From contig NW_024704742.1 in NCBI RefSeq assembly GCF_018977255.1, positions 81,036,001-81,100,000 of the forward strand: a stretch of DNA of 64,000 nucleotides, in the 5' to 3' direction. The position numbers were made by a program, and so were the translations under genes. Below the pieces are notes generated by a model. That model worked only from the letters and a program-made list of their open reading frames with translations, did not search any database and was not told the origin of the DNA. Of this stretch, positions 11,996-24,623 are shown piece by piece. Origin of the DNA: Callorhinchus milii. Taxonomy: Eukaryota. Each line of letters opens with the position of its first letter. The stretch's first letter is position 1.

Positions 11996-13353
11996 AGATG
12001 AGTTATTACGATACTCACCTCACATAGAGTTGCCTATGGTAGGTTGAGAGGGATGATGGAGCTATAGATAAACTCTTTTCATCCATGTGTGAAAATCCCA
12101 TTTTCTTTTCTATTTTCCAAATGTTTACATTTTTCTTGGTTATCATTAAACCAATATCTCATCTGCTGTTTACATAAACATCACAAGATCACAAGAAATG
12201 TTTGGATGAAATCAATTCAACCATCTGGTGTCATCCTTCCTGAATACCTCACCCGACTATTCTCCCATCAAGACGTTTCTTAAATGAGTCCAGTGATTTG
12301 GTCTTAAACACTCATCTTGGTCTCATCCATCCTTTTCCAATAATTAATTACCCTTTAGGTAAATAAATACATTTAAAGATCTCATGGCACTGTTCAGAAA
12401 GAGAATGGAGTTTCTCCCAGTTGTGTGACAACTCTCCAGCCTAAAAAGAAATGTTCAGTCACTTCATGGCTGTCTGTGGGGCATTCTGTATGCAAATTGG
12501 CTACTGCTTTCACATATAAATACAGTCTGTACACTTAACTGCAATTATTGTAAAATGTGTTGAGCTGTTTCGACATTATTAGTGCTATAACAAAAACAGA
12601 TTATTATCATAATTTTTTCTCTAACTTTGTTTATCTATAAAATGTATCATTTACCTTTTCTTCTGAATTCCTGCTGTGGATTTGGGAACGGAGTATCGAA
12701 TTTTAAAACAATTTTTCAAGGGCCGAAAAGTGGCTGTGTTGTCTGGATAAACCATAAATAGTTTAAAACCTGAAGATTAGCCAGGTCCCATTTTACATAG
12801 AAAACAGCTTCAGCATTTTAAGGGTTGCACCTTTAATTTGGCAAAACAGTCTCATTCAGTATTTTACAAAATAACCTCTAGATTTCCGTTTAATACGTGA
12901 CAGTAATAATTGCAAATAATCCACATATCAACATATATGACATTTGTCTTATTAGAGTTATATTGGATTCCTCATTCACTGACAGCAAAACAAGTCATTA
13001 ACCAAATGGCTGTGAAATGTATCAATTAAATGTCTGCATTTAGACTGTCTAAATTACTTCATTTCGAAGTGAGAATCTGTTGAGAGATGGAGATAATACT
13101 TGCATGGCGTAGGAGCTGTGGAAATTCAGTTTGATAATGTGCAGACAAACATTGCCATAGAAACCCTGAATTGCCCATCTTCATCTCACTCAACACAATG
13201 ACTCATAGGACAAGAATCGTTCCATCATATTTCTGAATTAGCATCTTAGTTTCTCCCTCACACACACACACACCTTGAGCTGATTATCCCAGACACCTTA
13301 AAAAAAACTTTCACTTATTTCCAGTCAGTCCTACTTTATGCCATAATATTACT

Positions 13354-13838
13354 GTAAGTAGGAACCTGGTTGTTAGTCGATTGGTGAATTGCTTTTCTTG
13401 GGATAATAATTTTTTTCAGAAAATAATAATCCCTTCAAAAAAAATAAAAATTTGGTCATTTTATCCATCACTGTTGTGGGACATTGCTGTGCCACATTTC
13501 TCCCACACAATATACAGTCACTTCACTTTACAGTAATAATATAATAATAATCCTTGTGTTTGATATAGCTCCTTATCATATCATTGAGACATCTCAAAGC
13601 GCTTCACAGGATATACTGTAAAGTGTAGTGACTGTGTGTTGCGTGGGTGAAACGTGGTAGCCAATTGCACACAGCAGTGTCCCACAACAAAATAATATTA
13701 ATTTGGTAATGAATGGCCAAATTAATATTATTTTGTTTGAAGGGATTATTACCCCCGAAAGAGCGATCCTCCAATTAACTAACAACCAGTCCTCTCACTT
13801 GTGAGGCAAGTGCGCTAACCACTATGCTATGAGACTCT
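13354..13838. mobile_element. Tail-to-tail pair of long-form SINEs (+ 13354-13535; - 13536-13838)
   Basis: Both carry ggttgttagt..attgg.g.at.gcttt, in opposite orientation. Confidence 0.8.
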
Positions 13839-14923
13839 GGGATGTTTTGCTCTCCCTTTCCTCATCTCCACAACTCTAGGTGCCAATGGATCAGAACTGG
13901 GCTAAAAAGCGGCTCAAAGGAGAAACCTTTAACATGTGATAGTCGGATAGGGCTGCTCAAAAAAACAAATCTATGGGTGCTGGAGAGTGGGGGATGGTGG
14001 GGGCGTTGGGGGCAGGAAGCTAAAAGGAACAGAAGGATGTATAAGAAATAGGGACATTTAATGCTATAATGAGGCCACATCACACTCACTATCACTTTCA
14101 GAGATCTTTACACACCCCCACCAGCCCCCCCACAAACCTTCACGATAACGAACTGTACCTCACTTGCTGTTGTTGCCTTGCACTTTCTATTCTCTCTCTC
14201 TCTCTGCCCCACTCCCTTCCTCACAGTATATTCTGTGAAGCGCATTGAGAATTCTAGATGACGTGATAAAACTCTGTATCAAGTGCAAGATTATTATTTA
14301 TTTTGTATTACTGTACCCTTCATTCTAACAATTTTAATCGCTTCCCTACTGAATGGCACAGCTTCTATTTTGTAAACACAGTATTTTTTTAACCCAATGT
14401 CTTAAACTGTGCCTTTTATGTTATAGCATTTTTCAGAGTTTTTCTCAAATGTTCTGTGGCCAATTATTTTTCAGCAAATACAGATGCCCAGCGCTCTGTC
14501 TCGGTGGTTTCTCTCTTGCCTGGGCTTATGGACTTCGTCCTCGCCATCCTCCAAGGACCGGGGTGACCTGTTGCCTTTGAATGGTTCTCCTGTGGTCGGT
14601 CAGGAACTCACAGCTAATGGAACGAGGTCAGCAACACTCGATGACAAGCTCCTGGGCCAAAGCCAAGTCCTGCAACTCCCTGTGAATCTGGGGATGGTGA
14701 AGGCTGACCTGCAGCTACAGTACCTGTCATGTCACAGGATCATGTGACTGCAGGAGGTTTGGTCCAGTCATTGATTCATTCCCACAACCATTCAAAATAC
14801 AGGCAATTTCTCATCCATCTTCTACAGTACTGAGAAACTTAGGTGAAGGTCCGTGTGGGTGCTGACCTGATGATTGAATTCACCCGGCCTTTGACCTTCT
14901 CAGCCTTCGTTCGCATTTAATTC

Positions 14924-15228
14924 AAGTCCTGTAGCTCAGTGGTTAGAGCACTCGCTTTGCAAGTGAGAGACCTGAGTTCAATTCCAGGCAGAGGGCGAAA
15001 CCTTGGGCAAGTTTCCTTACTCCACACGCCTAATAATAATCCCTCCAAAAACAATAATAAATTGGTCATTTTCAATCTACGACTGTTTGTGGGACATTGC
15101 TGTGCGCAATTGGCTGCCGCGTTCGCCCACAAATATACAGTTAATTCACTTTACAGTATATTCTGTGAAGCGCTTTGGGACGTCCTCCCGACGTGAAAAG
15201 CGCTATATCAAATGCAAGGATTATTATT
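14924..15228 (+). mobile_element. Young chimeric tRNA-SINE, short form, with target-site duplication (TSD)
   Basis: Intact CpGs, A/B boxes; TTAATTC duplicated at 14917-14923 and 15227-15233. Confidence 0.93.
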
Positions 15229-15439
15229 AATTCTTCCAACTCTTCCAACGTTTTTGTTTTCTAAGTAAACACAACAGTTTCTGGGGCAAGGAAGTTCAGC
15301 ACAGCAAGTGCCCTCATCCCTCACCCAGTTGCTGTCAACTTTCAACCATCCAACTCTTACTCAAGGCTCCAAAACTGAGATGCTGACTGGTGTCATCATA
15401 CACACACAAAACGGACTAATAGTTTAGAGTGGTCCAACC

Positions 15440-16150
15440 TTTTGGCTGTCGAAGGAAAGAGTTTCAGGGCATAGTGGCTGAGTCATGGTCACTGATGGTG
15501 GAACGGAGGACACAAGGGACAAACAGGAGACTGGAGCCAGTCGAGTGGGTGTTGGAGTTAGAGGTAAGCTGGTTCAATAGGTAGGGAGGTGCAAGGGCAT
15601 GAAGGAATTTGAAAATGAGTGAGAGGATCTTGAAATGGATCCATTCGATAATTGGGAGCCAATGAAGCCTGGCAAGGACTGGTGTAATGGAGTTTAATAT
15701 AGGTAAGTATGATGGCAGTGGAGCTTCGGTTCAGTTGGATCCTGTGCAGAGTGGAGCTGGGGAGACTGGCAAAGAGTGCATTTGAAAAGTCCAGTTGGGA
15801 AGTGATGAATGCATGGACGAGTGCTTCGGCTGCATCTGGGGTAAGGTACGGTCAAAAGCGGGCAATGTGGCAGAGGTGGAGGAATGTGGGGAAGGAAGGA
15901 CAGCGGTGGGTCAAATGTGGATGAGGGAAGATGGGTTTATCTCCTGGAGGTGTGGGAGGATCTTGCGGAGAGAGTGGGTGATGGGGCAGTCGGGATGGCT
16001 ACTCTGGGTAAACATCGATGAGTGCCATGATGAGCATGGCGTAGGATGCCTAGGCTGGAGCAGAGGAGGCAGTGGAAGAGTCCAGGAGAGAAAGAAGGTG
16101 AGGAGAAAAGTGGGTGAAAAGGACAGAGGTCGAGTAGTGGAGGGTGGGGA
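15440..16150 (-). mobile_element. Old L2 ORF2 fragments
   Basis: Similar to the reverse L2 at 39963-40757 (gtgagaggatcttgaa..gggagccaatgaagcctggcaagg; gaatgcatggacgagtgcttcggctgcatc). Confidence 0.7.
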
Positions 16151-17904
16151 GTAGAAATGGGACCATTTTTAGGGGGGTTGGCTTGGATTGGACTGTACTG
16201 TCACGGGTCATGTGAATGTTTACGGGAATCAATGGCTGGACCAAACCAGCCACAGTCACATGACTGGTCTTGGGTAAGCTGCTCCAGTGCCTCTCTAGCG
16301 AGCCTGGGTTAGCCAGCCTGGCAGGGCAGGCATGACAGAGCAGCTACAAATAGGGGCAAGGTCTCACTGCAGCCCTGTTGTCAGTCATGGAGCTCCCTGC
16401 TGGCCTACCCGGCCGGCAGATCAGTGCCAAAAGTCTGCTTCAGTGCAGCCTCAAGCTGAAACTCAACCGGTCCCACTCAGCAAGATGATCAAATACCATG
16501 GCTCCAGTTCAGAACTTGCTACAATATTTTCCCTTAAGTCACTACTGGGAATTGTCCCACAAACAGCCATAATGGGAATGACCAATTTATCTGGATGATT
16601 GTTGACCAGTTCCTCCTTTCTTAAAAAAAAACGTTACAGCTTAATTTAACGTTCACCTGAAAATATAGATGGGACCACATTTTATTGAATACAGCACTTC
16701 TCCCAGTGCTTCACCAGAGCTTCAGCCTTGAGTGTGAGCTCAATGTCCAAACAAGGGCTTTAACCCACAAGCTTTCTGACTGTGTCAAGAGTGCTCCCAG
16801 CAGAGTCATTCAGACTTTTTAATGTATTTCTTAATGTTGGATTGTTTTGCACTGGGGGATTTCAGTGAATCATCTGAAAACTTGCAGACACCTTTAATCC
16901 ATGGCTATTGTTTACCCACAAATTCCCATTTAAACCTGCATGCACTCACTCAATATGGTATAAAGCAAAATAGCTACAACAACATTTACTATGTATGGAG
17001 TGAAACTGTGTTCATCTTATTATTGTGCACACATGGATTTCTCCAGACAGCTTGCTCAGTCAGACACCACTGGACACTTTCCAGCTCACAGCACCTTAAC
17101 AAGGTGAACATTTGGTTTATTGAGCTCCTGTCAGCAATGGTTTGTAAACCGTGTTGAATTAAGTTGCCGCTCCGAGATTCTGAAACAGATGAAACTGTCC
17201 ATCTGCACTTGTTTGGGATTTCATCTGAGCATCTGGATGGTACAGAGATCTCAGAAAATGAACCTTAGCTTGTAATAATTCTTGCACTTGTCATAAAGGC
17301 TTATCTCGTCAACAAAACATCTCAAAGAGGTTCACTGTAAAGTATAGCAACTGTGTACCTTGTAGTAAAATGCAGCGGTCAATTTGCACACATCAATACT
17401 CTCCTTCGAACAGGTATGAAGTGAATGACCAAAATTATTTGGAGCATTATTACTCAGGACTATGGGAAAATCTCCCTCCTCTTTGAGTAGTGCCATGTCC
17501 ACCAGATGGGACGAACAGCCAGATGGGACCTTGGTTTAAACATTTCATCAAAGAATGGAATCTCTGCCAATGCAGCCCCCTCCCCCACCCCTGAAATCTG
17601 CATTGGAGTATCAATGTAAGTTAAGATAAAATACATCTCAGGAGAGAAGATGGAATTTTGTCACAAGACTCTGTAGTTACCCCAATACCACTTGAGTGAT
17701 GCACAACAAGAGTAATGGGTGAAAATTGATCTTTCGTGTACTATTTAGCACATCATTGAAAAATGTGCAAGTTGATATCTTAATTTCATTGAATAGTAGA
17801 GGGAAGTGCAGACTTCTTAATAATTGCACTAGGGATTAAGTACATACTGTTTGTAATATTTACACTAGGGGGCACTACGGAAACTAATATTTCAGCAAGC
17901 ATTG

Positions 17905-18175
17905 GCCGGCCTCTTCTCCTCTGCCCTCTCCTCCCCATCGTTGATGAGCAGACTTTCAACCCGTCTGCTCCTGCTGTCTGGAACTCCATCCTTCAGTCCT
18001 TCCAACTTGCTTCCTCCCCTCTTTCAAGGCTTGTCTCATAACATACCATTTTGACAGTGCTTTCAGTCATCTTTTCCATCCCCACCTACCACGGTTCCCA
18101 TCCCCAATGTGGGTGCCCATTCAATGCCGTGAATGCAGTTTGGAAAATGAAAGGTGCTATATAATGCAAATTGTA
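17905..18175 (+). mobile_element. Old L2 3' end
   Basis: ctctgccctctcctccccatcgttg..ctggaactcc..ctttcaagg..tttgacagtgctttc..tgaaaggtgctatata. Confidence 0.7.
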
Positions 18176-18788
18176 TTTACGGCAGGGGCTAAATACATAC
18201 TATTTGTAATATTTATACTGGGGAGAAGAACACAGATTTACACCAGTGTGAGAATTTTTTTTGGTATCAGCCTCTTGGCTTCTTAATCTTCTTTTCATCC
18301 ATCCTAAAGTACAGTTTGCTGCAGGTGTGTCACTAAACTGAAATACAGAGGGCCATACACAATAATGAGGGGTAGCATTACTTCTAACCACCATCACCTA
18401 CAATCACATGCACAAGCCTATTCTTTTCTACATAGAGCCGTGTGGCAAAAATGAACTGTGTATGTTCTGGGTATGTGTAAATGCCATCGTGAAAGATCGG
18501 GTTGAAAAATTGAAAACAGGGAGTTTCAAGTGCTGTATAAAAGCAGCCACCTAGCAGAGGAAGATTGAGAACTTGAAGTGTTTGGAGAGGGAGAGATATG
18601 AAGAAATCTCTTTCAGGGACAGTGATAGTCAATTAACAATCAATTTGGACTGGTGAGGAAAGTATAGAAGGACATTGGTAAAGGGGCACAGGGTGTTTTG
18701 TAAGTATTTATTGTAATATCCTCCCTATGTGAATTGTACTTTTTAAATGTAAAATTGTATTCTATGTGTGCAGCATCGATGAGTGTGT

Positions 18789-18920
18789 GGAGTTCTGTAG
18801 CATATTGTTTAGAGCACTCGCCTCACAAGTGAGAGGACCTGGGTTTGATTCTCAGTCAGGGTGAAACCTTAGGCAAGTTTCCTTACTCCACAAACAATTC
18901 ACTTTACAGGATAATCTGTA
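18789..18920 (+). mobile_element. Chimeric SINE head (CAC loop), internally deleted
   Basis: agagcactcgcctcacaagtgagaggacctgggtttgattc..aaaccttaggcaagtttccttactcca. Confidence 0.8.
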
Positions 18921-19276
18921 ACATTTGCTCAGGGATGTATTTTTCTGGAAGGAAACTAGCTTAGGTTATGCAATAACGTCAGCCACCATTTGACATTTGG
19001 TAATTTAAAATGAACATTCCATTGCTGCCAATGGGAATTCCTGCTTGGTTCCTGTCAAAGTAAGACATCAAGAAGATGAAGCATAAACTGTATTGCAGTA
19101 TTGGCTGAAACTATAGCACCATTTACATTGAGTCCAAGCCTGGGGACACATTTGATTTGTTTCTCCTGGAGCCTTGGTCCTTCTCATAGATCTCAACTTC
19201 TTCCTAGAATCTCTGTTTCCATTACATTAGAGTATTAGAATATCACACACTTTGTCACTTTGGCACAGGGTAGGTC

Positions 19277-19568
19277 GGTAACCAGTGGACATAGATTCAA
19301 GATAATTAGCAAAAGAACCAAAGGAGAGATTATTTTACACAGATCGCTGTTATGGTCTGGAATGTACTGCCTGAAGAGGTGGTGGAAACAGATTCAATAA
19401 CAACTTTCAAAAGGGGAATTGGATAGGCACTTGAAAATCAAACATTTGCAGGGATATGGGGAAAGAGTGAGGGAGTGGGACTCTTTGGGTAGCTCTTCCA
19501 AAAAGCCGGCATAGGCACGATGGACCAAATGGCCTCCTTCTGTGCTGTAATATTCTATGATTCTATGC
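19277..19568 (+). mobile_element. CR1 3' end
   Basis: ctggaatgtactgcctgaagaggtggtgga..aactttcaaaag..aaatggcctccttctgtgctgtaatattctatgattctatg. Confidence 0.88.
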
Positions 19569-20444
19569 ACTAGATAGCCACCTAATGGCTATCGACCGGT
19601 TGGAGACTGATATAGAGGGCCTTGAAGGCAGTAGAAATGTCTGGGCTGGGTCAGTCTTGGGAAAACTAAAGAAGGAACTAGCCTGGTCTGCCGGGAAGGG
19701 ACTGTTTGATTCTGACAGCTGCTGTACCACGTGACAGCTGCAACTCATCAAACTATTCAAGGCTGGATTGCAGACGGGCTCCTCTCATCTGCTGCCATCA
19801 CTTCCCAGCCAGTGTACGGTATTTGGCTCTACAAGAATACCATAGGTCCAGCAGGTGTCAAGACTGTCTGAGCGGAGGAACTGAGCAGCTGAACTCCAAA
19901 CATTAAATTCTATGAGGCAACAGAGGAGCAAGGAAGGCTTAAACCAAAATTCCTCAGCCTCAAATTACTCCCGTAAGTTCATTTTGTCTTAACTTTTTGT
20001 CTTTTGACTTAACATCTAAGGTGGTGCAGAACTGTGTGAAATTTAAAAATTCAGTCTGAATTTGAAAGCCAGTTCATTTTTAATGACTGCCAGAAAACCT
20101 GGCTTTCACTTTAGATCTGAATTTAAGAATTGTTCCATAACACTGGGTGGGAATCTGGATCTCACCACTGAGCAAAGTCAGATAAGAGTTTCAACCATAT
20201 GATATCTGAATACAGATTTCATCTGTGAAATACAGGTGCATCCAGAATTTCACATATTATTAAGTACAGTCTTTAATTTTGAAGGCGGTTTCAGTAAATT
20301 TATTTGAATTTCAGGAAACGGACTTCAAAGTTAAAGCTAAATTTTAAAAATTGCCAAATTCTGGACATTCTGGAATTCTATATTAATCACATAATACCCC
20401 GTGTGATAGTTCATATTATAGATAAAAACTGCAGTGACCCTATC

Positions 20445-20985
20445 ACCCCATCCATATCAGGACCTGTTCTGCCGTCCCACACTTCTGCAATATTGCCCGT
20501 CTCCCCTATTGCCTCTCCCCCCAGGCTGCCGAGACCCTCATTAATGCATTTGTCACATCCTAGGTTCAACCTGCAAACTCCCTGCTTGACAAACTCCCCA
20601 ATTCTTCTCTCCACAAGCTTCAGATCGTCCAGAACTCTGCAGCTCGTCTCCTCTCCAGTACCAAGCTCTGTAACCCCATCACCCCAACTCTCGCACGGCT
20701 CCATTGGCTCTCCATCTTTTAGAAGATAAAGTTTAACTTCCTCGTCCTTGCCTTCAAAGCCCTCCATGGCCTTGCTCCTTCCTACCCTGTGATCTGCAAA
20801 CTCCATATAGATCTGTCTGCTCCCTCTGCTCAGTGGGTTCCAGCCTACTCAATGTCCCCCGCCCAGCACGCCCCAACATTGGCGGCTGGCTTTTAACCTT
20901 TCAGCACCAACCCATTCAGCTCCATCCCACATTCCCTTCACCTCACCTCCTCACTTGCCTCTTTCAAGGCCTGTCTCAAACTTAA
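20445..20985 (+). mobile_element. L2 ORF2 3' fragment
   Basis: gccgagaccctcattaatgcatttgtcacatc..cagatcgtccagaactctgcagctcg..ctccattggctc (AETLINAFVT, QIVQNSAAR, LHWL). Confidence 0.85.
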
Positions 20986-21059
20986 TGCACATATGTCTTT
21001 CTCATATGTGCATTAAGTTTCCTCTTGATGCTTTTTGTTTCAACCAGTATCTGACAGTG

Positions 21060-21485
21060 AGATCTGCATTCTCACCATCCTCTATGTGAAGAGGTTTCTC
21101 CAATACTTATTCTTTTCCACTAGCTAGCTTGTATTATTGGCCCCTCCTTTCGGACTTGTTAAGAAGTAGAAACAGTCTAATTAATGTCCACCTTTTCAAA
21201 TGCTTTCATAATAGTTAATGTTAATGGAATCTTGTTGTTTTTTTAATTGCAAACATCTCTATTCAGGTCCTTTCTCAAATCTAGAGAAAAAAACTCCAAC
21301 CTGTCCAATCTTTTTTGCTCATTATATCCACCCATCTCAGGTAACATTCTTGTAAATCAATGCTGTATCCTCTCCAAAACTACTATATCTTTCCTGTAAT
21401 ATGACAACCAGAACTGCACACAGTACTCCGATTTCGTCTATCCAAGGTTTTAGGAAGACTTAACATTCCCTTCCTACTTTTATAC
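21060..21485 (-). mobile_element. Old CR1 3' fragment
   Basis: accagaactgcacacagtactcc (reverse: LEYCVQFW); colinear with 60300-60700. Confidence 0.75.
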
Positions 21486-21590
21486 TCGAGTCAAACTGAT
21501 TCACAAACTCTAGCTGCTTACAAGTATTTGCAATATCAACATCAAGTGAATTTTAGCTTTGTAATATTAATCATCATCGTTATATTTGAT

Positions 21591-22078
21591 ATAATAATAA
21601 TCCTTGCATTTGATATAGCACCTTATCATGCCTTCGAGACGTCTCAAAGTACTTCACAGAATATACTGTAAAGTGAATTGACTATATATTTTGTTGGAGA
21701 AATGCAGCAGCTAGTTGCACACAGCAGTTTCCCACACAGTCGTGGATTGAATGACCAAATTAATATAATTAATACAAAAATATTTTTTTAAAGGGATTAT
21801 TATGCCCAGAAAAGCAATCAACCAATCGATTGACAACGGGGTTCCTATGTGGATTGTGTTATTGGATATTTTGGTTGCTTTTGTTGTTTAGCACCCATCT
21901 AAATAGGCAGATGGAGCCTTGGTTCAAAATCTCATCTGAAAGACATCTCCAAAATACAGCACACCCAGCACTGCTTTGGAATGTTAATGCAGGCTGTGTG
22001 TTTAAAATCCTGATGTCGGGCTTAAGCCCACAATCTTCTGACTCAGAGGTGAAAGTGTTACCAACTCCCCCAGGCTTA
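21591..22078 (-). mobile_element. Long-form SINE 3' part (21591-21848) and Deu-SINE 5' part (21890-22078)
   Basis: Reverse matches to both SINE consensus patterns. Confidence 0.75.
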
Positions 22079-23030
22079 ATGACTAACTGGCCTTAAAATT
22101 GTCAGTTTTGTCTTTTTTGAAGGCCTTCCACCACCTACTGCCTTTTAATGTCCTGAGTGGACTGATGTCCTTGGCTGTAATAGAGGAGAGATCTGAGCTG
22201 ATTAACCCTCTAACACTTGGTTTTCATATCACATCCTCCCGCAGTACCTTTTACTTCCACAATCAGCAGTCTTGCTTGAGAGCAAAACACTAGGGAAGAA
22301 ACACGGGGAATGATAGAAAAAAATCAAACATAGAAATACTGCCATTTAAATCTATGAGGACATGTGATTTCGGCTTTGCATTTTATTCTGTATTCTTCAT
22401 CAGAAATGTGCCGCAGGTATTGCAAGGCAATATAAAATATTGATTAAATGCCAAATTTTTTGTGGATCTTCTCTGCCAGATACTTTGCTATTACTGTCAG
22501 TTTTGGTTACTGGAAGCTTTGGTCTCTGGTTGAGATGTGCATAGCACAAAACTGTCTGTAATGAGTATTAATTGACAGGCTGACTCAGAGACTCACTGGT
22601 GTGGGTAATAGAAATGTCAGGCTGCTGTTGCTCAGAAACCATTCATTTTCATTTCTCCACCCCCCCACCCCACTCCACCACCATTCCAAATACTCTCCGC
22701 CCCCCAAAGAGACCCTTTCCTGCCCCCAGGGATGCTTTTTCCCTTAAGTACAGCTCCTCCCATCAGAGACACTCTGATCCCCATCAGAAAAGCTCCTCTC
22801 CCACCATGAGAGACACTCCTCTCCTATCAGATAAACCTCCCTCTCTTGGCAGAGATCTCCCCTCTATTTACCCAGAAGCACAGACAGCACAATGTAGTTC
22901 TTTAGCCTGAGGGTGAAGAATGGCTGGAACATGATACCAGAGAGGGAGCGGAGGACAGGACGGAGTAAAGGGTGGGTTGACCGGAAGGATGAGATCAAAT
23001 AGGCTGAAAAGTCTTCTTCATCTCTTAGAT

Positions 23031-23163
23031 GGTATAAATTCCAACTGGGCCTCGGTTTTCTCTATTTATGTAGCATTTCAGAGAACTGACAATTTGCCAA
23101 ATTCCAGAAGGTCTGAAATACTAAATAAATAGAACATGTCTGGACCCAGGTGGAATTTCACCC
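23031..23163. repeat. Palindromic MITE-like hairpin
   Basis: aaattccaactgggcc pairs with gacccaggtggaattt; tctatttatgtagcatttcaga pairs with tctgaaatactaaataaataga. Confidence 0.8.
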
Positions 23164-23669
23164 CTTGATCCTTAGGGTATTAAAGCTCAGTAGTATGGAG
23201 AGGAGACTAATCAACCTGCTCTCTTATTTCTTGAATTAAGTAGGAAAGCGCTGAGTGGACAATGTGTTTGAGGGGTGGGGAAGGAATGGGCAAGATGGAA
23301 AATTCCTCGGTGGTCCCTTCCGTTTCCTGGCAGCTGACTGAATGGACATTGACTGCACTTGTGGGCCAGCCATGTACTGTTCTTCTGAGCATCAGACTAT
23401 GTGGACAAAGAGAAGAGGATAAAATAGACACAATGATAGAAGGATGAAACCTTGAGTGAAAACATTCTGATCTTCATATATGTATACAAATTGAGACATT
23501 CAAGCAACCAGATGAGTTTTTTTTAACAGGAAGCACAATTTGTTGACAGGAGACACAAATAAATCTTTTCTTGGGGTCCTTGCTTTGTGGAACCCCTTCA
23601 AGTCCTGGATTGTAATTTTGAAACACTAGTAGCACTGAAGCCATAATCTATTCTCAAACCAAACCTTTA

Positions 23670-23880
23670 CCTCCATACCCTCCCCACTTTCCTCCATTCA
23701 CTGCCTTCTACTCTTACTTCTCTCCCTTCCCTTTCTCTCCGCCTGTTCCATTTCCATCTCTCCTACTCTCTCTCCAATGCCCTCCCTCCCTCTCCAATGC
23801 TCTCCTTTCCTCTTGCCCATTCTCCATCAAATCTCTTCCTTCTCTTGTTCACTCCCTCTCTTTCCCTCCCTCTTTGCCAA
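23670..23880 (+). repeat. CT-rich low-complexity (polypyrimidine) tract
   Basis: Composition is almost entirely C/T. Confidence 0.8.
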
Positions 23881-24179
23881 AACTTTCTGTTCATTTCTTT
23901 GATATTAAGCAGTGATTTTGGTCGTCTGTACCAGACAGGCATAGTTCATGAAGTAAATGAATTGCTATTCATTGTAAACAAGCCAATAATTGTGCAAGCA
24001 TTAAGAATCCTATCAATGTACTTTCTATTTAAGTGAGTTACACACTGAGCACATTTTAATGTATTCACACCTATTGATCGAGGAGAGGAGTGGGCTTTGC
24101 ATCCTTTCAAGGGAACAAATCAGCAATTGCATGAATTTCACAAATGCAGCACCTAGCAGGGTGAGGTGGTGGAATAGAT

Positions 24180-24585
24180 GTGTTGCTCACAGAGAGGGAG
24201 GGAGTGAATCTTTGAGTCAGGGAGAGAATTTGCTATCAGAGGAAGGAAGGGAGGGAGTGTGACACAGCACAGGGGAGAAAGCTGTGACAATTGGACTCTC
24301 GGTGATGTCGCTCTATGCCCTTGGCTGCTGGCAGTAACATTTTATTTAGGTGCATTGATACATATATATAGATTTGTGTATGTATATATATATATACACG
24401 CTTGTCCATCATGTTGTCATCTGTGGCAGTAAAAACACATTATTCAGTTGCTTCTTCTCCCGAGCTTTGCTGAGTGATGCTGGGTGCAAATCCAGAGCCG
24501 ACAGTGTAGAGGAAGAGAAAAGCAAAGCTGCGATTTGAAAAGGCTTTGTCAAGGCAACAGCAAATTAGCTCTGGCAGCCACCATA
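24180..24585 (+). promoter_or_regulatory. Candidate promoter/5' UTR
   Basis: GA-rich stretch and (TA)n within a transposon-free island of about 2 kb, directly upstream of an ATG-to-donor exon. Confidence 0.45.
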
Positions 24586-24623
24586 ATGAACACGCATCTG
24601 AGGAGCAAATCCTCACAAATGGA
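24586..24623 (+). CDS. Candidate first coding exon MNTHLRSKSSQM(D/E), phase 2; gene not identified
   Basis: gccaccataATG context, 38 nt open, consensus donor GA|GTAAGT at 24624. Confidence 0.55.

Noticed and set aside
14924..14996. tRNA-Ala/Val-like sequences (also at 3516, 31975-32044, 43190-43261, 52693)
   Set aside because: Each continues into a SINE body and tail, so they are SINE heads, not tRNA genes.
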